From contig OY970368.1 of NCBI GenBank assembly GCA_963718615.1, positions 1,472,001-1,536,000 on the forward strand: DNA of 64,000 nt, in the 5' to 3' direction. The translations under genes were made by a program, and so were the position numbers. Within the stretch, counting starts at the first letter, position 1. The number at the start of each line of letters is the position of its first letter. The DNA is from an uncultured cyanobacterium. GTDB lineage: Bacteria; Cyanobacteriota; Cyanobacteriia; PCC-9006; JAAUQQ01. A model generated the notes under the pieces. It was not told the origin of the DNA, searched no databases, and saw only the letters and a list, made by a program, of their open reading frames with translations. Positions 49,639 through 59,199 of this stretch are shown one piece after another.

Positions 49639-51163
49639 AGCCCCGAGCGATCGCCCAGGAGAGTCGTCCGGGGGCCGTGAACCCAAGATTTTGCCCTTTG
49701 CAGATAACTGGACCTATATCAAAACCGAGTTGCAGTGGCTCGATCGACTGTTGCTCTTGGCGGTGGGCAAGCATCGGCGGGAGCGGCGAGAAACCGATCG
49801 GATTAGCCATAGTCAGCGCGATCGCCTGACGCGGCACTGGTGGAAAGGTATTGTTACTTTAGATACTCCACCCGTCTACGACGACGTGCGTCCGGCGGTC
49901 ACGGATGCCCCGAGCAACTATCAGCAGCAGCTCGAAGCCCGAATTCGGGCCAGCCAAAATCAAGGGGTTATTCTGGGATTACCGGCCCTGCGCGATCGCC
50001 TCTCCCTCAGCCTTTTCGAGAAAAATGTGGTGCTTTTGGGACTCGCGCCGGAGGTCAACCAGCGCTACGGTCGTCTCTACGGTTTTTTGCAAGAGAGCGA
50101 AACCACGACGCTGCCCCAGTTTGACCTGGCGCTAAAGTTGCTGTGTCGCAATGATCAAGAGTGGCAGAAGGCCCGTCTCCGTCTCGCCGAAACCTCTCCC
50201 CTGGTTCAAACAGGGCTCCTGCAATTTGTCGCAGCGGCGGACCAGCCCCTGTTGACCCATGCCCTCAAACTTTCAGATACCCTCGTCAACTATCTGCTCA
50301 GTAGTCCCCTAGAACCTGGAAAACTCGAAACGATTCTGCAAAATCTCTCTCCTCCGTCCGGCTCTCCTGGGTTGTCTTCGCCTCCGGCTGTGCCTGCCCT
50401 TTTATCCCCCACCCCCACCCCTCTGGTTCCGCCCTTCCCCACCCCGCAACAGCCTCCGGCCATAGCCTGGGACCAGCTCGTGGTGCCGCGATCGCTCAAA
50501 CAGGAACTCCAACACCTCAGCCAACGCTTGATGCTTCTGGCCCTAGAGCCTCTGCCGGCAACCATGGCCCATGCCCCCGGTACGGTTGTTGTCTGCTCAG
50601 GTCCCCAGGGCACGGGAAAGACGATGGCCACCCACGCGATCGCCCACGCAGCCCAGACCCAGCTCACCACCGTTGCCCTGCATCGCTATAACCCCATCGG
50701 CCTGACGCTGCTGTTGGCACAACTTCTCCAGCAGTCACCGACCCTTTTGCTGTTTCAAGAGGCTGAGCTCCTCTGGGGTCCCCAAAGCCCGGTGGCTTCG
50801 CATCTGCTCGAAGAATTTTGGCGGCAGCGACAGGCCCGCCCCTGCTTGACGATTCTGAGCACAACCCTTCCGGCTCGGATTGCCCGCAACTGGCTGCAAC
50901 GCTGCGATCGCGGTCTCGATTTTCCCCGTCCCGACACCGAAGCGCGCACCCAGCTCTGGCGACAGGCTTTTCCGCCCGAGGTGTTGCTCGATCGACGGAT
51001 TTCTTGGTCCCAGCTAGCACATCAGGGCAAACTCACCGGGGGACAGATTCAGGCGATCGCCCGTGACGCCTTGCTCTACGCCAAAACCGAGCAGAAAACC
51101 CGGATTACCCTGAGCCACATTCAGCGCGCCTGGGCTCAGCAGCCCCGATGGGACAGACTCTAG
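49628..51163 (+). CDS. AAA+ ATPase with N-terminal winged-helix region and a degenerate Walker B
   Basis: Motifs GPQGTGKT, LLFQEAE, FPRPD..R..LW, LTGGQI. Confidence 0.75.
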   Translation: MVDKAPSDRPGESSGGREPKILPFADNWTYIKTELQWLDRLLLLAVGKHRRERRETDRISHSQRDRLTRHWWKGIVTLDTPPVYDDVRPAVTDAPSNYQQQLEARIRASQNQGVILGLPALRDRLSLSLFEKNVVLLGLAPEVNQRYGRLYGFLQESETTTLPQFDLALKLLCRNDQEWQKARLRLAETSPLVQTGLLQFVAAADQPLLTHALKLSDTLVNYLLSSPLEPGKLETILQNLSPPSGSPGLSSPPAVPALLSPTPTPLVPPFPTPQQPPAIAWDQLVVPRSLKQELQHLSQRLMLLALEPLPATMAHAPGTVVVCSGPQGTGKTMATHAIAHAAQTQLTTVALHRYNPIGLTLLLAQLLQQSPTLLLFQEAELLWGPQSPVASHLLEEFWRQRQARPCLTILSTTLPARIARNWLQRCDRGLDFPRPDTEARTQLWRQAFPPEVLLDRRISWSQLAHQGKLTGGQIQAIARDALLYAKTEQKTRITLSHIQRAWAQQPRWDRL

Positions 51164-51316
51164 ACGGGCTCTGGTGCTTGCGTATTTAAATCGATTAATG
51201 TATAAATTAAAATTCTTTTTTCGGATAAATACGTGTTATCCCGAGGATCTCAGGGCATACTAGAAAAGCAACTTTGTTTGCTTCCCAGTTTGAGTAGGTT
51301 AGCATCCACCCTCTTT

Positions 51317-51349
51317 AAAAGCGCGTACCTTGCATAGGGACGCGCTTTT
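51317..51349. terminator. Bidirectional intrinsic terminator
   Basis: AAAAGCGCGT-a-CCT...AGG-g-ACGCGCTTTT between convergent genes. Confidence 0.75.
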
Positions 51350-51372
51350 CTGTTGGGTCACTGGGAGTTGGT

Positions 51373-53247
51373 TTACTGGGATAGGTTATGAGATAAGTCA
51401 TCGAAGAATACAATGCTGTCCGCGACTTGGTCCGGTGTCAGACGAACAGGGGGCTGGGCGGGGAGAACCGTGGGCTGAACGCTGGAGCGGCGCTCAAGAA
51501 GATCCTGGAGATCGCTGGGCACAGGCGGAAGGCCTGGGGTTGTTTCGGAGCGGGGAATGGCAGGGGCTTCCAGAGGAGGAGCGATGGGGATTTCCGGTTC
51601 TGGCGTCGAAGGCTCTGAAGGCAATGAATCTGCCGAGTCCAGTGAATTTTCAGGAAAATTAGAAAAAGGGTCCTCAGAGGAATTCTCAGGAAAATCCTCA
51701 GAAAAGTTCTCAGGAAAATTCTCAGAAACCGCTGAAGCGGAATCTGAAGGGATAGACCAGGCTGGCACGGTTTCTAGGGCGGTTTCTAGCGCTGTTTCTG
51801 GCACGGTTTCTGAAGAAGCCTCTGGAGAAGCCTCTGAAGCGATCGCTGGAGCCGTAACGGGGAAAGAGGACTGACGCAGGAAGGCATCCACGCCCAAGAT
51901 TTCGGCTTCCATGATCGGATGGGCGATCGCCAGAATCTCGGAAGAAATCGGAGGCGCAAGCTCTGGGGGCTGGATGACGGGGCTGGGCGCGATCGCAGTC
52001 TCTTGAATCGGCATCGCGGGACCGGGTAGCGCAGGAACAGATATTTCTGAGAGGGGTGTTTCTGGAAGGGGGGCCGGGATGGGCAAAAGCGGAGTCGAGT
52101 CAACGGCCAAAATTGTTTGGGCAATCTCGTCTGCCTCGGTTGTATCTTGGGCGAGGGCAGTGGCCAGTTCGGCATCGAGTTGGGCCTGATGAGCCTGGTC
52201 TTGCTGGGTTTCGGCAATCAGGGTGGCGAGGGGTTGCTCCACCGGAATTTCAAAGGGGCGAGGCGCGAATCCGGCGGCGATCGCCGCTCCTGCCTGCGCC
52301 AAATCCTGGGCTACGGCCAAGCTCCAAGCGGCATCCTCCGGCCTGTCTAGGGGAGCCTGGGCGAGGGCTTGCGGATTGAGCTGATCCAGTGCAGTCGGAC
52401 GTTGCCGTTCCTGTTCCAGGACCTGCTTGAGGGCATCGGCGCGGCGGCTTTGGTCATGCACAATCGAATCGTAGGTATTGCCTAAACCGGGGGCATCCCA
52501 GCCCTTCAGCGTCGGGTGCCAGTAGGACCAAGTGCGGGCGTAGCGGATTTGGGCATCGGGATCCGTATCGAGCCGTTTAGCTTGGGCCAGGCGATCGATA
52601 TAACCCCAACGGTCTAACGCCGCCAACTCGCTTTGGTTGGCCAAATCCAAGCCATTGAGCAATTCCAAATCGGAAAGCACCAAGCCCCGCTGGCGAGCCT
52701 GGGCCAAAAGTTGATCGTGAAATCGCCTCAAGCGCTCCAATTGACGGCGATCGGCCACCTCGGGCAGTGCTCGACGAGCCGAAACCCAACGTTTGTCGTC
52801 GGAATCCTCTTGGGCATACACCACCGCCTTTTCGCGCGGGTTCAAGTGCTGAAAACTAAAGCTGCCAAAATTATCAGCGGCATTTCCTGGATCGGCGTGC
52901 CAATAATAGGCCGCTGTGCGACCGCCATCCGCTAGACGAGTGCCTTCTGCGGCACCAATGGCGATCGCCACGGGCGAATCCGACCCCTGCTCCCACCAAT
53001 GCAGCGGCAGAGGGGTCTCGGCCTGTTGGGCATATTGGGGAGCAACCCAAACCTGCTGAAAACTAAACCGTGAACGTTCTCCATCCTGCGGCTCTCGGCC
53101 CAACCCAGTCCCGGAGGCGACATCAGGTTCAATCTGCCCCTGCAAGGAAAACAGTCCTGAAAATTTAGCCTGGGCGGGCGGTGCAAAGCTGGTTGCACAG
53201 GCCAAAATGCCACTTGTCCAGCGAATAGTATCCCTGGCAGATTTCAT
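51373..53247 (-). CDS. Hypothetical exported protein with a long acidic Pro/Glu/Ser-rich tail
   Basis: Signal peptide; AIGAAEGT...HADPGN...FGSFSFQH core; GAGGAGG ribosome-binding site; 4-aa tandem repeats. Confidence 0.7.
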   Translation of the reverse strand: MKSARDTIRWTSGILACATSFAPPAQAKFSGLFSLQGQIEPDVASGTGLGREPQDGERSRFSFQQVWVAPQYAQQAETPLPLHWWEQGSDSPVAIAIGAAEGTRLADGGRTAAYYWHADPGNAADNFGSFSFQHLNPREKAVVYAQEDSDDKRWVSARRALPEVADRRQLERLRRFHDQLLAQARQRGLVLSDLELLNGLDLANQSELAALDRWGYIDRLAQAKRLDTDPDAQIRYARTWSYWHPTLKGWDAPGLGNTYDSIVHDQSRRADALKQVLEQERQRPTALDQLNPQALAQAPLDRPEDAAWSLAVAQDLAQAGAAIAAGFAPRPFEIPVEQPLATLIAETQQDQAHQAQLDAELATALAQDTTEADEIAQTILAVDSTPLLPIPAPLPETPLSEISVPALPGPAMPIQETAIAPSPVIQPPELAPPISSEILAIAHPIMEAEILGVDAFLRQSSFPVTAPAIASEASPEASSETVPETALETALETVPAWSIPSDSASAVSENFPENFSEDFPENSSEDPFSNFPENSLDSADSLPSEPSTPEPEIPIAPPLEAPAIPRSETTPGLPPVPSDLQDLLERRSSVQPTVLPAQPPVRLTPDQVADSIVFFDDLSHNLSQ

Positions 53248-53709
53248 CGGTTGAACCTCCTCACCCCCGAACTGGCGATGTCACGGAACGGATACCTGGA
53301 GTGGACTTTAATCAAGTCCGCCTCAAAATAAAGTTAAATCGGATACTACGTGTTTAGAGTTGTTTAAGATTTGAAATATTCTGACAGAGATTGGTTCTGC
53401 CGCAAACCGAGCGCTATGAAATCCTCTCCTGACAAGGATCTTCAGAAGAAGAATCAATCCGAGCTCTAACGATGGGAAGAGGAGGATCCGCGATCCTAGT
53501 CAGTGGCGCTCTAGCTGAACCTAATATTTATTTCTTGGAGTTAAAATGCCATCACATCATTTCGGACGTGGCTCTCCTGGCTTTTACGGACAACAGTGCT
53601 GTCGTAACTCAGGTATCAGACTTTCATATCGATCCCATGGAAGGATAGAACGGTCAAACATAGAATGGTCAGACTATCAAAATAACGATCCAGAATATAG
53701 GCTGATTGT

Positions 53710-54711
53710 ATGAGTAAAAAGAATTCTAGCGCTAGCACGACGAAGCAACCTCAGCGGACGAAAAATTCTGACCGTCAAGAGCCGGATCAAAGCCAGAAAA
53801 GTAGCCTAAAAAGCGACGTTAGCAAAACAAAGAAGTTGGGAAAAAAGCACAAGTCAAAAAAACAGAAAGAGACGAGTCCCACAGCGGCTGAACGGCGAGT
53901 TTTTTACCATATTTCTGAGGCAGAAGGAAGCTCTAAGCTGTCAAGAAAAGCCTATGAAAAAGAGCTAGCTCGGCTGCAGCTTGAACTGGTAAAAATGCAA
54001 TATTGGGCAAAGCATACCGGTGCGCGGATTGTCATTGTGTTTGAAGGACGAGATGCAGCGGGTAAGGGGGGGACGATTAAACGGGTGACTGAACCGCTGA
54101 ACCCACGGGGATGCCGCGTTGTGGCCTTGGGAACGCCGAGCGATCGCGAAAAGACCGAATGGTATTTCCAGCGCTATGTTGCCCATTTGCCTGCCGCTGG
54201 TGAAATTGTTTGCTTTGATCGCAGTTGGTACAACCGGGCAGGCGTCGAGCATGTCATGGGGTTTTGTAGCGAAGTCCAATACCAAGAATTTCTACAAACC
54301 TGTCCCGAATTTGAGCAAATGTTAGTTCGCTCCGGCATTCTGTTGCTGAAATATTGGTTTTCAGTCAGCGATGAGGAACAGGAACGGCGGTTTCAGTCTC
54401 GGATTACGGATCCGGCACGGCGGTGGAAAATTAGCGTGATGGATTTGGAATCTCGCGATCGCTGGGTGGAATATTCCCAAGCGAAGGATACGATGTTTGC
54501 CCACACCAATATCCCGGAAGCCCCCTGGTTTACGGTGGAAGCGGATGACAAAAAACGAGCTCGGCTCAATTGCATTAGCCACATTTTGACCAAGATTCCC
54601 TATGTGGATATGACCCCCGAACCGCTGGACCTAGCCCCCCGCAAAAGCGCTCCCCAGAACTACGTGCGCCCGCCTTTGAATGAGCAGTTTTTTGTTCCTC
54701 AATTGTATTAA
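53710..54711 (+). CDS. ppk2: Polyphosphate kinase 2
   Basis: Motifs FEGRDAAGKGG, FDRSWYNRAGVE, DDKKRARLN. Confidence 0.95.
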   Translation: MSKKNSSASTTKQPQRTKNSDRQEPDQSQKSSLKSDVSKTKKLGKKHKSKKQKETSPTAAERRVFYHISEAEGSSKLSRKAYEKELARLQLELVKMQYWAKHTGARIVIVFEGRDAAGKGGTIKRVTEPLNPRGCRVVALGTPSDREKTEWYFQRYVAHLPAAGEIVCFDRSWYNRAGVEHVMGFCSEVQYQEFLQTCPEFEQMLVRSGILLLKYWFSVSDEEQERRFQSRITDPARRWKISVMDLESRDRWVEYSQAKDTMFAHTNIPEAPWFTVEADDKKRARLNCISHILTKIPYVDMTPEPLDLAPRKSAPQNYVRPPLNEQFFVPQLY

Positions 54712-54742
54712 ATCAGCGATTCAATGAGCCCTAACGTAGTGT

Positions 54743-56254
54743 TTATGGCTGCTCGAAAAGCTGAGGATCCAGATAGCTAATGCGGGCGGCTGGACTGAGG
54801 GCGGCTAGGATTTGTTTCCCATAACTGCGGTGCAAAACCCTGGTATCCAGCAATGCTACTAGTCCTTGGGATTCACGGACGGGGGCGATCGCCCGCTGCA
54901 GATTGCTCAGACATTGGGGCAATAAATAATGACGAAACCAGTCTTCCCGCCGCCGTTTGTAATACTCCACCCGTCCGGCCACCAGGGGATGTTCTAGGGT
55001 GGGGAAGGGCAGCGTCGCCATCACGAGCAAACGTGGTGCGGGCAAAACGCTTTGGTGAGTTTGCCAAAAATCCCAGCCGCTAATCAAAATACTGTGGTCG
55101 TCTAAACAGGTGCGTTCGACCTGGACCCGTGAGCCAAATTCTGCTGCCAACGCAGCGGCGACCTGGGATTTGAGCGGCAAGTCATTGACCAGCAGGACCA
55201 CTGGTCCTGGAGCCGTGTCGCTGAGGGTTAGGAGCCGCCGCAGTTCGGTCAGCAAAGCGCCTTGAAATCGAGGGGTATTGGGGAGCGGCAGATGATCGGG
55301 AATATAGAGCTGGACCAGGGACGTTTGTCGGTCTGGAGAGAATTTGACACAGGTTAGGTCGCCCAGGCCCAAATGCTGACGAAACAGTTCCGCATCCGGT
55401 TCTAGGTCTAGGGCTTCTCCCATTAAAACCAGGGGTTGCCGTTGCCAAATCGGAGCCAATAGTGATGCCAGGGCCAGTCCCCGTCCGGCCAAGCTAAACT
55501 GCCCCTGTTCCCGATGGACCTCGGCCCACAGCAACAAATCCGGCTGATCGAGCAAAGCCTGAAGCCTGGACCAAGGCTCCGGTAGGGGAGGCTCGGGAAA
55601 ATCTAGATATTCGTAAAGGCCTGTGAGCAGATGGCGATCGCCCTCCTCCAACCGATAACAGTCGTAGGGATTAGGGGGGCGTTGAAACAGATGGTGGGTG
55701 AGCTGTACCCGCGTTTCGCGAATAATATCGCTGTGGAGCGGACAGGCCAGCATTAGAGTTTCCCAATCCTGGGGTTCGATGCGCAGGGTGCGAATGGTGT
55801 TGACCCAAGACTCTAGGTCATCGGCTCCATCAATCAGCGTGGCAATGCCATCGGGGAAACGGTTTTGCGAGAAGAGGCGATCGCCCAACCAAGCTTCCGG
55901 GGTTGTGAGCAAGAGACCTTGGAAATTGTCCTGGGGCCAGCGATCGCCCTGCTGAATCGACTTGGGCGTGGGCATCCACTGGCGCAGCCGGGGAATTTCA
56001 ATGCGTAGGAGCCGCTGCTGAACCGCTGCGGGAGCCACCAAAATCGCCGGGTCAGGCCACAGCAAGAGCGGCGTCAAATAGCCGAGTCGATAGCTGCGGT
56101 AGCTACGGGTTGGGACCGTCTGAATCAAGGCGCTGCGACCGAGGCGCAGGGCACGAGCCACCAGCCGCGCCAAGGTAAGATGGTGAGGCCAGTGGGACTC
56201 TCCCTGATCCCGCAGAAAGGCCCGCAATTGCTGGTGGACTTCGACTTCTATCAC
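54743..56254 (-). CDS. DinG-like helicase C-terminal-domain protein (cyanobacterial type)
   Basis: MIEVEVHQQLRAFL...WPHHLTLARLVARAL; TLPFP; LLDTRV..RSYG. Confidence 0.8.
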   Translation of the reverse strand: MIEVEVHQQLRAFLRDQGESHWPHHLTLARLVARALRLGRSALIQTVPTRSYRSYRLGYLTPLLLWPDPAILVAPAAVQQRLLRIEIPRLRQWMPTPKSIQQGDRWPQDNFQGLLLTTPEAWLGDRLFSQNRFPDGIATLIDGADDLESWVNTIRTLRIEPQDWETLMLACPLHSDIIRETRVQLTHHLFQRPPNPYDCYRLEEGDRHLLTGLYEYLDFPEPPLPEPWSRLQALLDQPDLLLWAEVHREQGQFSLAGRGLALASLLAPIWQRQPLVLMGEALDLEPDAELFRQHLGLGDLTCVKFSPDRQTSLVQLYIPDHLPLPNTPRFQGALLTELRRLLTLSDTAPGPVVLLVNDLPLKSQVAAALAAEFGSRVQVERTCLDDHSILISGWDFWQTHQSVLPAPRLLVMATLPFPTLEHPLVAGRVEYYKRRREDWFRHYLLPQCLSNLQRAIAPVRESQGLVALLDTRVLHRSYGKQILAALSPAARISYLDPQLFEQP

Positions 56255-56377
56255 AACGGAGTTACGCCGATTTTAAGGCACAATTTTTACTCACTTCCCT
56301 ATTAGGATAGCGATTGCACCCCAGTCGGCAAGGATGGGTCTAGGCAGCGATTTGTCTAGGGAGGGGCTTAAACCCGA

Positions 56378-57850
56378 TTAAACTTCAAAGAGATAAAAGC
56401 CCCGCAGAAATTCTCGGGCTTGCTCAGCCTGGATGCGAGCCGTGCGGCGGGCTTCACTGGGGAGACCCACAGACCGGGTAATGGCTCCAGAAATATTGAC
56501 AATGCGTTTGCCAAACTGGGGATGTTGATACAGCGTCAGGCTCTGACCGCTGGAGTTTTGCAGCAGCACCTGAATGGGCGCATCAAAAAAGCCGTTGCCT
56601 GCGGCGTTGGCGGGCATCTGGACGGGCTTCAGCTGACCGACGAGGGGTTGAAGCACCTGGGTGGCCTGGTGAATTGCCTGCTGCTCCTGAGGAGACAAAT
56701 CGTTGAGTCCCTGGAGGGTTTTGAGCAGGGTGACGAGGTTCGTTTGGGCGGCTTTGGCCTCTTTGAAGGGTTGGACCATGAGATAGGCGATCGCCAACAA
56801 ATGATTTTCCTGGGACAGATCAAACGTCAACGTCGTTCGCCGTTGGGAAACCTGGATGCTGGGTGGAAATTGCAACAGCGCAAAGCGTCGCGAAATCTGG
56901 TGATAAAAACTGGCAATCACCACATGGTCATAGGGTTCAAGACAGGCATCCACCAGGACCCGAACCAACGGCAGCGACGGTCGGAAAAAGCATTGGGCCT
57001 GTTCGGGAGAAAGATGGCGGACTTGGCTGCGATCGCCCGTCACGCTCAAATCCACCCATTCACAGACCAGCTCATCGGTTTTGAGGCCAAAGCGAGGTGT
57101 TTCGTGGAGTTTGGCCCCGGTGAGTGTCGCCTGGGTCAAATCCGCCCCGACCCAGTGGACCCGGTTGAGCTGGGTATGGGAGAGATTGGCATGAATCAAG
57201 GAAGTTTCCGACAAAATAGCGTTGCTCAAATCGGCCCCCGTCAGGTCCACCCCACTGAGCCGAGCCCCACTGAGATCCGCCCAGCGTAAATTCGCACCAC
57301 TGAGGTCTGCCCAGCGCAAATTGGCCCCACTCAAATTAGCGCCACTCAAATTGGCCCGTTGAAAGTTGCTGTGGCGCAGCTCGGCAAACCGCAGGTCCGC
57401 GCCGCTCAAGACCGCCTGGGTAAAATCCGCCCCCTTCAAGTTGGCATGTTCCAAATTGGTGGCGATCAGCGAAGCCCGCCGCAGGTCTGCCCCTTCCATT
57501 TGGGCATAGGCCAAACAGGCCTGTTTGAGCTTGGCCTCTCGCAAATCGGCCCCTTGCAAAAAGGCCCCCTGCAAATCAGCCCGCTTAATCCAGGTCTGAA
57601 ACAATTGAGCTTCGGACAAATGGGCATTGACCAACAGCGCATTGGACAAATTGCCCTGGCTAAAATTGGTCTGCTGTAACTGGGCCTGACTCAAATTGGT
57701 GCCGTTAAAATCCGCTCCGCTTAAATTGCGGCCCTGCCAACGCACACCGCGCAGATGGGCTCGAATAAACTGGCGCTCTCCCTGGGCATAGCTATGGAGA
57801 ATCTCTTCACCTAGAACTGCCGGGTCGGTGCTTGGCTGCGCTAAATCCAC
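56378..57850 (-). CDS. Pentapeptide-repeat protein with a C-terminal domain
   Basis: A(D/N)LxGA repeats over ~250 aa; start GTG 57850 is inferred. Confidence 0.88.
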   Translation of the reverse strand: MDLAQPSTDPAVLGEEILHSYAQGERQFIRAHLRGVRWQGRNLSGADFNGTNLSQAQLQQTNFSQGNLSNALLVNAHLSEAQLFQTWIKRADLQGAFLQGADLREAKLKQACLAYAQMEGADLRRASLIATNLEHANLKGADFTQAVLSGADLRFAELRHSNFQRANLSGANLSGANLRWADLSGANLRWADLSGARLSGVDLTGADLSNAILSETSLIHANLSHTQLNRVHWVGADLTQATLTGAKLHETPRFGLKTDELVCEWVDLSVTGDRSQVRHLSPEQAQCFFRPSLPLVRVLVDACLEPYDHVVIASFYHQISRRFALLQFPPSIQVSQRRTTLTFDLSQENHLLAIAYLMVQPFKEAKAAQTNLVTLLKTLQGLNDLSPQEQQAIHQATQVLQPLVGQLKPVQMPANAAGNGFFDAPIQVLLQNSSGQSLTLYQHPQFGKRIVNISGAITRSVGLPSEARRTARIQAEQAREFLRGFYLFEV

Positions 57851-57862
57851 AAGTAACCCCTT

Positions 57863-57899
57863 AAACAACCGTTCACAAAAACAACCGTTCACAAAAACA
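57863..57899 (+). repeat. 16-bp tandem direct repeat AAACAACCGTTCACAA x2
   Basis: Read directly; lies in the divergent intergenic region. Confidence 0.7.
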
Positions 57900-58022
57900 G
57901 TAGATGGCTGTAGATATCAAACCCCGGTGAATAGGCCCATAATTCCCGCAGCGCAGGTCAAAGCTTGCAGCAAGTTGGTCGAGGGGGGTTTACTGGTTAG
58001 CGGTGGTTTAGCCGCAAATATT

Positions 58023-58865
58023 ATGACTCGGACCGTTGGAATTGTTGGGTTAGGTCTAATTGGAGGGTCCCTGGGGCTAGATTTGCGCCAGCGGGGCTAT
58101 CGGGTTTTGGGGGTCAGTCGTCGGCCCGAGACTTGCGATCGCGCCCAAGCCCGAGGCGCTGTGGATGCCGCCAGCGATGACTGGGCGCTCCTGGCCGCTG
58201 CGGAGGTGATTGTGCTCTGTACACCTCTGGATGTCTTGACCCAAACCGTCGAACAGCTCCGGCCCCATTTGCGGCAAGAGACGGTATTAACCGATGTGGG
58301 TTCGGTCAAGCAGCCGATTGTGTCGGCGATCGCCCCCCTCTGGCCCAATTTTGTCGGCGGTCACCCCATGGCTGGCACCAGCGATCAGGGCATCGAAGCG
58401 GCCCAGTTTCAGCTTTTTGCCCATCGGCCCTATGTCCTGACCCCGACGCCGGAAACCCCCGCCGGGGCGATCGCCCCAGTACAAACCCTGGTCGAAGATC
58501 TCGGGGCCAAGCTCTATCTCTGCGACCCAGCGGAGCACGACCGTGCGGTAGCCTGGATTTCCCATCTGCCGGTCATGGTCAGCACAAGCTTGATCCAAGC
58601 CTGTCGGCAAGAGCCCAGCGCCACCGTGCGGCAGCTAGCCCAACAGCTAGCAAGCTCTGGCTTTCGCGACACCAGCCGAGTCGGCGGCGGCAATTCGGAG
58701 CTGGGTCTCCTGATGGCCCGATATAACCGCACTGCTCTGTTAGACAGCTTGCAAGCCTATCGCACCACCCTTGAGCAGGTGACCGCCAGCATCGAAGCCG
58801 AAGATTGGTCTGCATTGCAAACCCTTTTGGAACAAAGCCATGGCGATCGCCCTCAATTTCTCTAA
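58023..58865 (+). CDS. tyrA: Prephenate/arogenate dehydrogenase
   Basis: Motifs GLGLIGGS, DVGSVK, HPMAG, HDRAVAWISHLP, GFRDTSR. Confidence 0.93.
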   Translation: MTRTVGIVGLGLIGGSLGLDLRQRGYRVLGVSRRPETCDRAQARGAVDAASDDWALLAAAEVIVLCTPLDVLTQTVEQLRPHLRQETVLTDVGSVKQPIVSAIAPLWPNFVGGHPMAGTSDQGIEAAQFQLFAHRPYVLTPTPETPAGAIAPVQTLVEDLGAKLYLCDPAEHDRAVAWISHLPVMVSTSLIQACRQEPSATVRQLAQQLASSGFRDTSRVGGGNSELGLLMARYNRTALLDSLQAYRTTLEQVTASIEAEDWSALQTLLEQSHGDRPQFL

Positions 58866-59199
58866 TTGCTCCCCACCTGCTCACGGGCTCGGATTATGTG
58901 TTATTTTGAGCACCCAGCAACCGCAGACAGCGATTCAATCTTGCAGGGGTCAATTTTGAAAACGTCAATCTGAAAGGGCCAAATGACCCATTGGCAAACG
59001 ATTGAAGTCCGGTACGCTGAATAAGAGGAGCGGAAAAGACTAGAGAACAGGAAAAGTCAGGTTATAAAAGAGGGGTTTATTTCTAATCTCGCCCTTAGAT
59101 CGATTTACCCTTATCGTCCCTTGGCCGTCCCGTTCTGCCGTCCCGTTGCGTTCTATCCAGCGTTATGCGCGCCCTCTCTCAGCGGTTTCCAGTGACTCC

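Noticed and set aside
53250-53709. Riboswitch or ncRNA in the long intergenic region before ppk2
   Set aside because: Only short hairpins are present, and the region is adequately explained as divergent promoters.
57900-58022. Second aromatic leader peptide upstream of tyrA
   Set aside because: No Tyr/Phe-rich uORF or terminator was found by eye.
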